A DNA stretch of 53,862 nucleotides, from positions 1 through 53,862 of the forward strand of contig NKIB01013672.1 in NCBI GenBank assembly GCA_002256025.1, written 5' to 3'. This document shows, in pieces, positions 23,455 to 35,090 of this stretch. The DNA comes from Asterionella formosa. Its lineage: Eukaryota. Every line of letters begins with the position of its first letter. Within the stretch, counting starts at the first letter, position 1. The position numbers and the translations under genes are program-made. The notes beneath the pieces were generated by a model that had not been told where the DNA came from, did no database searches, and saw only the letters and a program-made list of their open reading frames with translations.

Positions 23455-23852
23455 GAGACTTGACGTCTCGATGTGCTATAACAACAAATACCTTAGTATT
23501 CACCTAGAAACTCTTGTTTGCCCTGATTGCGCCATCCATATGACAACAAATTATCCCCTCACTATAGCAAGTGACTTTCACTGTATAAAATATAGGAATA
23601 TTTCCTATTAACGTGAATTGTAACAACACAGTATAAATGGCAAGACATCTTACGTAATTGCCTGTTGCGTTCCGGAGTGTGGATGTAATGGCTGTGTACC
23701 GGTAGTGATATCATGAGAGAGTTGACCATCACAAATCGAACGTGTACGCTGGGGTATTCTACGTAGTCTAGCGATCCATCAGGAATAGGAAATAAATTGT
23801 AGCAAGTATCTGTTAGGTATACTGTACATTGTACATACATTTTAATAGCAGA

Positions 23853-24062
23853 CTACCGGTACCTGGTACCGGTAAGCATACCGGTAGGTACCAGGTACCA
23901 GCACTTCGACTTGACAACTACCGGTATCAGGTAACAAAAGGTACCAGGGCCTTCATAGCAATTCCTCATGCCTGTCGATACTCCATACCGGTATATATAT
24001 GATGCTCCGGAGCACGGAGTACCACTTAGGAGAATTCCTGGTACCAGTACCAGGCCAGGTAG
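23853..24062. repeat. GGTACC(A/T) cluster
   Basis: taccggtacctggtaccggt...ggtaccaggtaccag at the TrmO 3' / TE border. Confidence 0.85.
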
Positions 24063-24079
24063 GTGAGCGATCTCGCTCA

Positions 24080-24470
24080 ACTACAGACATTTAAATGTAT
24101 TACCTTTATTAGATAGATCTATGTCGTTGGACGAAGAAGGCTATAGATAGAGACGTTCGTTTATCTTTCCGTTTTTATATTCTTATTGTGAGTTAACTAA
24201 ACTAGTTTAGGTTGTTCGGTTTGAACAAACAAATGAACTATTCTCCAAATGCTGTTTGCATTTTTAGAAACATACAATCATAGATAGACCCATGTCGATC
24301 TCACACTTCCTGATCATAGGTTTTTAACCATTGATCATTCATTTTCAAACTATCAGTCTTCCAAAATAGCTTCTATTGTCCGGCTCATTATAGCCGGAGT
24401 AACAACGTAAAATGTGTGGCTGATGAGAGCTTGGTACATCAAAGTTAACTCATTCGAATCATTTGACTCA
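24080..24470 (-). mobile_element. Possible Copia-type 3' end relic (RNase H tail, PPT, LTR start)
   Basis: Minus strand reads DSNE...CTKLSSATHFTLLL, then purine-rich ATCAGGAAG directly before TGTGAGATC (24304), followed by TAGATAG-rich sequence. Confidence 0.3.
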
Positions 24471-24479
24471 TTTGACTAT

Positions 24480-25720
24480 GAGTCATAACTACTACGTAGA
24501 TGAGCTTTACAAAAAAAGCCATATCCTAGCTACTGTGCTGGAATTCCATTTTGGGACCTTTTAGGACAAAGCTGTTCCTTACCACACCAAAGAAATCCTG
24601 TTTTTTCTCTGCTGATTCCAGTGAGTTCCTCAAGTATACAAAATTTGCACTATTATGGCTTTTTTGGACCTTTTTGGAGTGCACACGGAATGTTTGGAAG
24701 GCATTCTGTGACAAGCACATTGGCTTCATCTATCTCTAAATTCTTCGGCTGGGGTTGATCAAATGCTCATTAGGTGAATGCTGCAAGCCTCCAAAAATGA
24801 TGGGTCCAGCTTTGGTTTATTTAATGACGTTGAAGAAATTACCATTGCCAAACCACGGCCTACAGATACCTGGTCACTTCCCCTCATTTCTTTCGCCTGT
24901 GGGAAATCCAATGATTCATTATTCATCCATTAATTGAGAATGCTGGATCTCATGCAATCAGCAACTTCCAAGCTTACACAACTGCACAAGCTCAGGACTT
25001 CATCATCTGCTGTGCTTGTTCCAAACCTAATGTAATTTACTCCCATTGTATTATACAGGCATCAAAAACTTATTTAGAAACCTAGCGTTATTTTGCATGC
25101 ATATCTACACACTTTGGTATCAAGTTTGCTGCACTGCCCTGTCATAGTTCATTTGTTTTTGAGGGAGGGGCAACTATTTTTGTCTGACCATTGTCATGTG
25201 CTTCTCCAGTAGTGTGGCGGCTTTTGCATCTAAATTCATCAAAATATCACCATGTGCTTGGTGTGGGGTCAAGGTCAATGATGAAAATGGCTCTGGGCTT
25301 CAAGAGAAATGTCAAAACATGCCAGGGCAGCAGATAATGCCCCTGTGCAATGAACCCCCCCCCCACCAATGCATCACACAACAGGGATTTGTGGAATTCA
25401 AGAAGTGTAAATTGTCACCAAATGAATGGAGGATGTTAAGTAACCGTGCATTGGACTTCTATACACCCTTGGTAATACATACATGTTACACATGTATGGC
25501 ACATATTTTACATTTTGTATGGTGCAGCATACATAGTACCTGGTACCTGGTAATTTGTATGGTATATATTAAAATTATGGTGTGTGATTTATATTATTAC
25601 CACTCACGCGCATGCTCTTTTTGGCCCAAAATCCCCTTGCATCGTCATATCATCAACTTTTTATTATATCAATGCATGTATGAGGCAGTAATATAGCACG
25701 AGGGAGGTACGTATGGATAT
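24480..25720. mobile_element. Unclassified degenerate TE-like relic
   Basis: CpG-poor with a stop-riddled minus-strand coding-like frame (DFPQAKEMRGSDQVS...HRMPSKHSVCTP); no intact gene. Confidence 0.3.
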
Positions 25721-25947
25721 ATAGCTAACACGGGGAAGCAATAATATATACCTTACAAGTAGTATCATATCCAATCACACTCATCAGTGTGGTCAAAAAA
25801 TATTCATCAGTTCATTTGTTATTATTAACAGCACATACATAGGACCTGATCCTTCTATTGATGCTTGTCGTCCCGAACAAGTTCTTTCAATCGCTTAAAA
25901 CAGTATCACACAAAGCCTTCGTTCACCAGAAGACAAATCTCCCAATC

Positions 25948-28900
25948 ATGAAGTTCCAGGGAGCCTTCGTCGCTTGTTCGTACAGCCTGCTGGCAACAGT
26001 CAAGGCGTTTTCGCGTCCACATCAGCTGCACAAATCCTTCGTCAGACACCCATCGTCGTCGTTAGCCGTCGCTGCCATTGAGCTGCCAGCAAGTACGAAG
26101 AGCACTGTGGTCACTACCCCCGAATCTGACTTTATCCAACCTGACCCAGATCGGCGGCAATACCGAGCCATCAAGCTAGCTAATGGCCTTGAATGCCTCC
26201 TTGTCAGTGCTCCAGAATCCGACGTGGAAGCCGGCGCGGTTCACGTCAAGGCGGGTCACATGGACGACCCAGACAACCGACCTGGTCTCGCACACTTCCA
26301 CGAGCACATGCTGTTTCTGGGCACAGCCAAGTATCCCGACGAGAATGAATATGAACAGTTTCTGAGTCAGTATGGGGGGAGTTCCAATGCGTATACGGAC
26401 ATGGAAGATACCAATTATTATTTTTGTGTCAGTCCGCTTGAAGACGATGAAGAGGATGAAACCACGTCTGCTGCGTTGGAGGGGGGCTTGGATAGACTTG
26501 CACAGTTCTTCATTTCTCCGCTGTTTGACGCAAACATGGTGGACAGGGAGCTTCGGGCCATTGACAGCGAATACAGAAACTCGTTTACAGCTGATGGGTG
26601 GAGAAGCTACCAACTTCTCAAGGCATCGGCAAATCAAAAGCATCCATTTGCAAAATTTGGGTGTGGGAATTATAAGACTTTGACGCAAGGAGGGGAAATT
26701 GTTAATTCAACTCACTCTACTCCTGGGGAGTCATCGCCAGTTCAAGACTTGGAGAACTTTTGGAACTCATATTATCAGACATTTAATTTAAGATTGAGTG
26801 TTGTAGGCAAATCATCGTTGGATGAGCTACAAGCTTCCGTCGAACGCACGTTTGGACAGTTGCCACCGTCAGAAGGAACTCGTCGACATAGCAACATGAT
26901 GCCAAACAAACAATTCGCGATGGAACATTCACAATATGGTGGGGTACCGGCTTTTGGTCAAGGGCAACTCTCGAAAATTCGCGAAGTCATTCCCTTATTG
27001 GAGGGACGATCCATCAAACTATACTTTGCGACACCACCGCTTGATGATCCCGTTTTGAAAGAGTCTCGACCCTACCGTGTCCTTTCTCACTTGCTCGGCC
27101 ACGAGAGTCCAGGAAGTCTTTATGTCTTGTTGGATGAAGAAGGGTGGTTGGACGGTCTTTCCAGTGGAGTGGGGATCGACACGTCGGACTTTTCCTTATT
27201 TACGCTGACATTGAGTTTGACTCCAACAGGAATGGCAAACAAGGACAAGGTTTTGGAGCTTGCTTTCCAGTGGATTGCACTAATTCGTGAAACACCCACA
27301 GAAAGGATGCAACAGTACCACGATGAATTGAAACAAATCACCGATACAAATTTCAAGTTCCGAGAAAATGGAGATCCAACTGACTTTTGCTCCGCAGCCG
27401 CAGAATTGCTCTTTTCGTACGATCCGGCTAAACTCTTGATTGCATCTGGGCATGTGGGGGATTATGATCCAGAGGTCGCCAGGGCGTTTTGGGATAGAAT
27501 AATACCCGAAAATTCCATGATCAGTATTATGAACTCGGACTTAAAAACAGATATCATGTCGGACGAATGGCAAAAAGAACAATGGTATGGTGCTCAATTC
27601 AGGGAGAGTCCAATATCTGCTGAACAAATCAAGGAGTGGACAACACCCGCCTCTATTGACGAAAGACTGCATTTGCCAGATTTAAACGAATACATTCCCA
27701 CGGACTTTTCACTTCGATGTGACGACGCAAAGTATCTGGACGATGACGACGACGATGAGATTGGCGAAGAAGTGCCGCGAGTTTTGGTGGACCGTCCTGA
27801 CCTCCGCGTGTGGCACAAAATGGATCGCAAATGGAGAGTCCCTAAGACGGTTTTTCATCTATCTTTGTTGTCGCCCAATGTTTACCGTTCTCCTCGCACC
27901 ATGACGTTGAACCGACTTTACGAACGTGTTCTCAATGACGACCTTAACTCCTTTGTGTACGATGCCAGTCTGGCTGGTCTCAATTACAAGGTGTCATGTG
28001 CTCCTTCTGGTTTCCGTATTTCTGTCAGAGGCTACTCCGAAAAGATCTCTTTCTTGGTTGACACGTTGACTTCGAGAATGTTGAGTTTAATTGAGGAACT
28101 GAAGGAGGGCCCAAGTGCTCACCCAGGGCTCGCGCTGAATTTTCGAAACGCAATGGAAGGCTTGCTTCGGGAAACCAAGAATTATCGACTGGATACTCCA
28201 TATGACATTGCTAGCTACAATTCTCGTTTAGTTCTCGAAGAGTCTGTCTGGTATGTGCAAAGCTATTTGGACGAAATGGAAGGCGATACAGCAGTGAAGG
28301 ACCCCTTGACCATGGAAGAGTGTGCTCGTGTGGCTGAAGAATGCCTACGAGGTCGTCTTAAGGCAGAATCCCTCATTATCGGAAACATCGACGAGGAAAG
28401 TGCACAGAAGATTGCTGATGTCGTCGACTCGCACTTTTTGGCACCTTCCCGTCCTCTACTTGACAATGAAGTTCCAAGTTTTAGATCTATGAAACTCCCT
28501 ACAAACGCTGAAGCAATTGCTATCTTTGGTGCTTCCGTTGCTGACAAGACCTCTCCTATTGTTTACCAAGAAATAGCCTACAGCGAGTCCGAAGACAACA
28601 GCGCCATTGAGCTGATCCTACAAGCTGGTTGCGACTTTACTCTCGGCTACGAAGGAGTTGCCATCATTGATTTGTTGAGTCACATGGCTTACAGCTCAGC
28701 ATACAACCAGCTTCGTACCAAAGAACAGCTTGGCTACATTGTCAGCGCCTATGTGCGAAAGACAACTGGCGGAGGTTGGGGACTTTCTGTTGTTGTGCAG
28801 AGTAGTGTCTCTACTCCCCTAGTCCTTGAGGAACGATGTGAGGCATGGCTAAAGCAGTTCCGCACAGAGTTAGAAGAAATGAGCGCAGAATCAATGTCCA

Positions 28901-29364
28901 GAGAAGCAGAGGCTGTGGTAGGTCAACTGCTCGAGCGCGACACCAAGCTATCGCAAGAAGTGGGCCGATTTTGGGGCGAGATCATGAACGCAGAGGGACT
29001 ACCTGCAGAAATGCGGACTCCGTCCTTTGATCGACTAGAACTTGTTGCCGATGAGCTCCTTGTTTCAGAAGATGGCGACGAAGATGACCTATTCTACACA
29101 AATGGTAAGAAACGAAAGAATGCAGTGGAGTTGAAACAAGCTGTGCTTGATTTTTTCGACAAACATTTTCCCTTCGGTGCTCCCGAACGCCGGGCCATGT
29201 CAGCTCGAGTTTACAGTCAGAAGGACAGAGCCGAGTTTGATGCCAATAAAGGCAAACCAGGAGTTCTCTCCAGCTACGAAGAGATTCGAAACTTGAAACA
29301 GTATTTAGAGACATATCCCACTGCTCCTTACTGGCGAATCACGAAGGACACCTCCATCATATGA
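25948..29364 (+). CDS. Insulysin/pitrilysin-like M16A metallopeptidase, probably plastid-targeted
   Basis: PGLAHFHEHMLFLGT (HxxEH), GGSSNAYT, LSHLLGHESPGSL and QLRTKEQLGYIV motifs. Signal MKFQGAFVACSYSLLATVKA-F from the ATG at 25948. Confidence 0.95.
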   Translation: MKFQGAFVACSYSLLATVKAFSRPHQLHKSFVRHPSSSLAVAAIELPASTKSTVVTTPESDFIQPDPDRRQYRAIKLANGLECLLVSAPESDVEAGAVHVKAGHMDDPDNRPGLAHFHEHMLFLGTAKYPDENEYEQFLSQYGGSSNAYTDMEDTNYYFCVSPLEDDEEDETTSAALEGGLDRLAQFFISPLFDANMVDRELRAIDSEYRNSFTADGWRSYQLLKASANQKHPFAKFGCGNYKTLTQGGEIVNSTHSTPGESSPVQDLENFWNSYYQTFNLRLSVVGKSSLDELQASVERTFGQLPPSEGTRRHSNMMPNKQFAMEHSQYGGVPAFGQGQLSKIREVIPLLEGRSIKLYFATPPLDDPVLKESRPYRVLSHLLGHESPGSLYVLLDEEGWLDGLSSGVGIDTSDFSLFTLTLSLTPTGMANKDKVLELAFQWIALIRETPTERMQQYHDELKQITDTNFKFRENGDPTDFCSAAAELLFSYDPAKLLIASGHVGDYDPEVARAFWDRIIPENSMISIMNSDLKTDIMSDEWQKEQWYGAQFRESPISAEQIKEWTTPASIDERLHLPDLNEYIPTDFSLRCDDAKYLDDDDDDEIGEEVPRVLVDRPDLRVWHKMDRKWRVPKTVFHLSLLSPNVYRSPRTMTLNRLYERVLNDDLNSFVYDASLAGLNYKVSCAPSGFRISVRGYSEKISFLVDTLTSRMLSLIEELKEGPSAHPGLALNFRNAMEGLLRETKNYRLDTPYDIASYNSRLVLEESVWYVQSYLDEMEGDTAVKDPLTMEECARVAEECLRGRLKAESLIIGNIDEESAQKIADVVDSHFLAPSRPLLDNEVPSFRSMKLPTNAEAIAIFGASVADKTSPIVYQEIAYSESEDNSAIELILQAGCDFTLGYEGVAIIDLLSHMAYSSAYNQLRTKEQLGYIVSAYVRKTTGGGWGLSVVVQSSVSTPLVLEERCEAWLKQFRTELEEMSAESMSREAEAVVGQLLERDTKLSQEVGRFWGEIMNAEGLPAEMRTPSFDRLELVADELLVSEDGDEDDLFYTNGKKRKNAVELKQAVLDFFDKHFPFGAPERRAMSARVYSQKDRAEFDANKGKPGVLSSYEEIRNLKQYLETYPTAPYWRITKDTSII

Positions 29365-30044
29365 TCAGAAAGCTCGTGATCAATGTTTCCAGTTGAAACA
29401 ATTTTAACTAATTTCAATGAATGAGTAAGTCTGCCGCGAATTCAATAACAACTTGGCAGTTTATTCACAATAGCGACCCTTTACTATGGTGAGCCTATAT
29501 TACTAATACATAGGGTGCAATTGTAATTTTTATCATTATGTTACTAGTAGGAGAATCGGTAGTATGTAGAGTAGAACACTTATCTCGATACATTGGAGGT
29601 GTCCGCAGTTCCTCTTGAATTTTATGGTACCATGTATTCCGGTTGAGTGCCTCGCAATGTATCGAAATCATAGTCACATGATTTACTACCTATTAACAAA
29701 AGCTATATGTGTACCGGTAGCCTTGTGGGACAGCTTTCTTCGCCTTCCCTTTGTCCTTCATTGTGGAGTGATCGATTTGCAACAAACGACCTGGTACCTG
29801 GTACTCCTAGTCTCCAGGTCCACCCTGGTCCCACTACGAAAGCGAAGTCGTATGTAGACGGTATTTGTGCACTACCTGGTGCACCGAGTACTGAAATACC
29901 GTTACTCTGGGACTCCGGTACCAGGTACTGATTTTCATGCCGGTATATACCTTTGTCCGTGGAGTGATTTTGAAACTACAAACAGCAACGTAGATTCATT
30001 ATGAACGTATAAACAAGAGCCATGAGCATACATGTTGGCATACT

Positions 30045-30301
30045 CCTAATTTATACATGTGTTTTGCCGTTGAACAAAATTATGTCTACATCCAGCAACG
30101 TAGAAAAAGTATAAACGTTTAAATATCACATTTTTTATAAAAATGGAACTCTATCAATCTGGCCCCGATTCCTATTTAATTCAAATATTCAAATGGACAC
30201 TCGAATCATGAGAATTCATAGTAGGAAACTCCCTGTTCCACGCCGTTCTTACAACCCTAGCGATATTTTCTCCGAACTAGGGTTAAGCCGGGGCCGCAAC
30301 C
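30045..30301 (-). mobile_element. Solo/truncated left terminus of a related Kolobok element
   Basis: The reverse complement begins TTAA|GGTTGCGGCCCCGGCTTAACCCTAGTTCGGAGAAAA... and stays alignable to 314-~560 for about 250 bp. No partner TIR found nearby. Confidence 0.85.
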
Positions 30302-30319
30302 TTAACTTGTTGACACAGA

Positions 30320-30633
30320 CTACCAGGTACCAGGTACCGTACCTTGTACCAGGTACCAAGTACCTGATACCTGATACCTGGTACTGTTACCCGTATGTAG
30401 AGTGAACGGGATAATAGTCTACCTGGTACCGGTACATTGTAGACTCTTGGTACCAGTACCAGTACCTTGGCACCCAAAGAAGTACCACAAGAAGGTACTG
30501 GTACCAGGGAGCAGGAGAGAATTACCGGCCGTGATGTCGCTTTTGTTGACACGGATGCTGCACCTAAAGGCTTACCTAGACATCTTAGAGAGTACCTGGT
30601 ACCAGTACCTATGTAGTCTGGTACCAGGTACTG
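30320..30633. repeat. GGTACC(A/T) cluster (largest in the window)
   Basis: taccaggtaccaggtaccgtaccttgtaccaggtacc... between the Kolobok end and the DBT promoter; a related cluster lies at 29790-29930. Confidence 0.9.
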
Positions 30634-30770
30634 GAAAATCAGCAAAGATGGTCACTTTTCTTTCGATGTAAGCGAAGCAAAAGCTTCTCATTGTACAGTT
30701 GATGATTTCAATTCGTTGCTTGTTGCATTGACCTCAATAAAAACTGTCCTACAGTATCAACAACCTACTT

Positions 30771-32510
30771 ATGACTCCGATCTATGTCCGTTCATCGAAG
30801 GTGAGGATAGAGATCAGAAATGTGAGTGACCCAATTTCTATTTGAGTCAAAGGCTAATTCGCCAATTCTTGTTTTGTTTCGTTACACTGTGTAGTTTATT
30901 CGATGCCTGTCGCTTCCAAAGCGACTCCTTCGGAGTGTCTCTACTCTGAATCAAGAGAAGCATGTATTTCAACTAAAAGGAATCTACACAACTAAACTTG
31001 GAGGATTGACTTTTCACAGTGTCGCCAAAACGGACTCAAACAATCAACATCGCGCTGTCATGTGCGTTCGCAAGCAGTCAACGGCGACAGTCATCGATGA
31101 AGAAAAACCAGCTACTCGTAATGTTATTCCCTTTATACTGGCTGATATCGGAGAAGGTATCTCTGAAGTAGAATTACTGCAGTGGTACGTTGAAAAGGGT
31201 GACCGAATTGCTCAATTCGATCGAGTTTGCGAAGTCCAGAGTGACAAGGCAACAGTGGAGATCAGCTCAAGATATGATGGTGTCGTGCAATCTCTGAATG
31301 GGAAGGTTGGGGAAATAATGCGTGTAGGGTCGCCTCTTCTCCATATTGCGGTAGCTGGCTCGGAGGCTTCCTCTGATGAAACACAAGGGGGAGATCGTTT
31401 TCATTCTGACAATGTCCTGCACAGCATCAATGACCAACAGGACCAGCTCCACATCCCAAATAAAAAGATTGAATTTAAGGATGTATCCGTTTCAGAAAAT
31501 TCACATTCACCACCTGTAAAGAAGGTGTTAACAACTCCAGCGGTTCGTAAGCTTGGTATGGAGAACAAAATTGATCTCTCCTCTATTTCTGGCTCTGGAC
31601 CTCATGGTCGAATCCTCAAGGGCGATGTCTTGCAGCTCGTACATGCGAATGCAAATTTAACTGTCAATGAAGGAATCGAGTCCTTGGCGTCAACTGAGAG
31701 GGTAAATCCTACAATACTATCAGACGAGGATGAAACTGTTCCAATTAGAGGCTACAACCGGCTCATGTGCAAAACAATGACCGCGTCACTACAAATTCCT
31801 CACATGTGTTATGCAGACGAGATTAACATGAATGCTGTGCTAAAGTGTCGACGAGACCTCAATCCAATTGCAGAAGCCAATGGAGTCAAACTATCGCTGC
31901 TTGCATTTGTCATCAAGGCAGCATCGTTGGCCATGAAGGAGTATCGAGTCATCAATTCAAGCTTAGACGCTGATCAATATACGTTGACATACAAAGCTAA
32001 TCACAACATCGGAATTGCCATGGACACGCCTCGGGGATTGGTGGTTCCAGTTATCAAGGGGTGCCAGAACCTTTCTATTTTTGACATTGCTCGTGAGATC
32101 GAAAGGCTTAAACAATGTGTAAGTGATCGACGGAGCAAAGGGCGTGTACTGTATTCCATGAGGTATGGATATAAGTTCTCATCAATTTCTTTCTACTTGC
32201 TCAGGCTTTGAACTTCCAACTAACAGAGGAAGACATTACTGGGGGCACATTTACTATCAGTAATATTGGAGCAATTGGCGGTACCTACATGTCGCCCATT
32301 GTGAGCTCCCCACAGGTCGCAATTGGTGCCATGGGGAAGATTCAACGACTTCCGCGTTTCGTTGGCGAGAAAGTGGAAGAAGTCAACATAATGCAGATTT
32401 CGTGGGGAGGAGATCATCGGGTCATCGATGGAGCGACGATGGCGCGATTCTCCAACAGGTGGAAAGAGTATTTGGAATCTCCTATCACGATGTTGATGTC
32501 CATGAAGTGA
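30771..32510 (+). CDS. DBT: Branched-chain 2-oxo-acid dehydrogenase E2 (dihydrolipoamide acyltransferase); exons 30771-30800, 30895-32118, 32205-32510
   Basis: Lipoyl domain (LADIGEGI...[15 protein letters not shown]), E3-binding TTPAVR, catalytic [12 protein letters not shown] introns restore the frame; Arg/Ser-rich mitochondrial presequence. Confidence 0.95.
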
Positions 32511-32944
32511 TGGTGCTTAGAAAATAGAACTATAGATGAGGATAAGTGAAAAATGTGTATAAGTTTAAAATGGAAAGTTTCTTGAAAGTCAAAAATATCC
32601 ATCTCCTCGTTGCAACGCTTGCATTTTAGTGATGTAATTCCCACATATTCATCAAGGTTGCTGTAGAGAAAATGCACGAAACAAAAGTTAGAAAATGTCA
32701 GGCTTCAGTCACTTCTCTCGCCACATCCATCGTCACGGGAAACCTATTTCAGATGCCTTTCGACTCGAATAAACAGTCGATGATTCTGGGCGGCAACACA
32801 GGGTCGTGTAGTGCACCCGTAGTATTGCACTGTATCCAAACTACTTGAATACATGTAGTCTGTCATCAAAGGTCAAGGGTTTTGCTCTGACGGCAGTGAT
32901 ACATTTGCCCATTTGAGAATAGATCAAAACTGAGTCACTTACTC

Positions 32945-33739
32945 TTAATCACCCTTATACCACGCTGGTACATTGGCACTGATAAAAGTGGGTAGAGGTG
33001 CCAAGTTGTTGTCCACCACCCACGACAAAAGGTTACGGAAGTCTTTGTTGAATGCTGCTCCTAGTTGGTAGCCCGCCCCAACGGTTTCAAAGAGACCAAA
33101 TACGGCACCCTTCTTATTCGTGGTCGAGCCTTCTGGGTTTCCTTTCGAGACGATGTTGCCAATGGTGAAGAATTTAACCTTTCCTTCTTCATCAAACTTT
33201 AGTGCGACGGCTTCAGTAATACCCTGGGCTCTCGTACCGGCCATTCCATACTTCATTGGAACACCTTCAATGATCCAGTCTGAAGTTTGCTGTCCAGTGT
33301 ATCTCACAAAGAACCGAACGGTGGAAGGGTCGTCAGGGTCGACGCAGAAACCAAATGCGTTGTGTTGCATATCCCACGCTTTATAAACCCCAAGCCTTGT
33401 CATGGTCTGAACGTAATCATTTTTGTTCAACGGGCCAACGATTCCTCCAGCAAAGACTGAATAATAGATATGAATGGTAAGTGCAGTGACAAATCATTTG
33501 ACGAATAATAACCGTATACAATTTAAGCATCAATGCTTACCCAAATCATCAGAGAGTTGATCTGGATCCGGAGGAGAATAGAAGCCAGTCGCAGTATTCA
33601 TGAATGTTTCTGCCTTGGAAATGAGCGCAGCGTTCTTGCTAGAGGCTTGGGAGGCCCCCGGCATGGTAAAAAAAGCATCGCATTGCTGTGAGATGAATAC
33701 AAGTAAAAACGGGAGAAGGGCGGCAGCTTTGCTTGCCAT
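32945..33739 (-). CDS. Plastid-targeted NTF2/SnoaL-like uncharacterised algal protein; intron 33457-33540
   Basis: Signal ...ISQQCDA-FF. Splicing joins DDL-VFAGGIVGPLNKNDY, the FxxxxVGPLxKxDY motif of a common algal family. Confidence 0.75.
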
Positions 33740-34249
33740 GACGATGCTTCAATTGAAATGAATTTTCCTCAAGTTGATATGGAAAATAGAAATGGACTAC
33801 TGGTTTCGGTGACCGCAGCATTCACTTCGATCTCGAGGGTTCACATAAGACTGTATATCGTAGAGTAGAGTGTAACGACGACAGCATAGTATCTCGCATG
33901 GAGCGACGAGCACCAACTCAGCAGCATTCTCAGCGAGTCATTGAAGAGATCGTCACCGCTTTTTTCAGGCCTATACCGGTACCAGCACAGTGCTGGTAAA
34001 TTGTTATTGAATGTATAGTACTCCGAGAACATCACAAAAACGAAAACAATTTTTTTTTGAGAGAAATGTAGATAACGACTGCGCGTGGTGGCCGCGTTTT
34101 AATTAGTAATCCGTGATATAATTACTGTACTATACCGGTACTACACTATGACAGTTGATGTCCCTGCAGTATACCGGTAGTAATAAACCGGATCCTCATA
34201 AATCAATCTGGTTTACTGGAAGTTGCAGTGAAAGGCGATGTGTAATAGT

Positions 34250-35090
34250 GAAGATTGTATTGCTGTTGTTGTACTAATGAGATCGGCCTTCACATTGGCC
34301 TATCTCCTTTCTCCTCTCCTCTCCTCTCCTCTCCTACCAGCACCAGCATCACCATACCGTCCATATGGCAGCTCAAGGACCAACTGAATACTCAACTGAG
34401 GAGAAACATTCCTTTTGCGACCAAGTTAGATATTGCATAGGTGGTCCTGTTCAAGCCCACATGCTTTGAAGTTTGCAGATTGCCATTATATTCGCTGCTG
34501 GTTGTGAAATTCATCAAAGATTTGCATCTAGGGAAGAGAAGAAATTTCGAGATATGGCTGAAGCATATTTTCGAATTCTGGATGAAGACCTTAGTAAGGA
34601 TGATATGTGTGGTGATAGTACCACCATAAAAAATGAATTGCAATATGAATGGGGGTCCAAGGATAAATTGACCATGACAGCAGGTGATACTTTGTGGAGA
34701 AAGTGGAAGGAGATTAGGAACAAGCTTTGTAGCACTATCATTTCTAGTTCAAACATCACCTAGGATTTGCACAAACTTCAAAGTGGATGAGGTTTGAAGG
34801 ATGCATACTTCAAATTTGTCTGCAATATTTACATGCTAAGTTTTCAGAAGAAGAATCCGATGTGTCAGATCATCATTGATGGATTTTTGGTCAATCAACC
34901 AGCCGACTCGATTTCAGGTTGTTCCAAGCCCATCCATTCAATGCGAATACAGAGACCCAACTTTGTGCTATTTGCTGAGAACTTCAAAGATTTTTTGGAA
35001 GAATATAGAAATGGTGGTTCCAGATTTGAAGACAGTGATGTTGTAAATATTAGTCAACGATGCTTCCTTTGTATCATCATTTGCATGTGA
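34250..35090 (+). pseudogene. Degenerate TE-associated coding remnant (Myb/SANT-trihelix-like)
   Basis: Broken frames give GDTLWRKWKEIRNKL...LQSG; CpG-poor; (CTCCT)5 at 34311-34335. Confidence 0.3.

Noticed and set aside
25196..25696. 166-aa plus-strand ORF
   Set aside because: Cys/His/Met-rich composition typical of CpG-decayed DNA; crosses a GGTACC cluster; no recognisable domain.
30320..30633. GGTACC clusters as CRISPR arrays or cloning (KpnI) artefacts
   Set aside because: No constant repeat/unique spacer periodicity and no cas genes; eukaryotic context; the units are degenerate and interspersed with genomic sequence.
32690..32940. Structured ncRNA/riboswitch between DBT and the NTF2-like gene
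   Set aside because: Only short hairpins; no tRNA, snRNA, snoRNA or TPP-riboswitch consensus recognised.
34078..34110. Helitron-like 3' end (CGCG hairpin followed by TTAGT)
   Set aside because: Weak stem, no CTAG, and no 5' TC end or RepHel remnant found.
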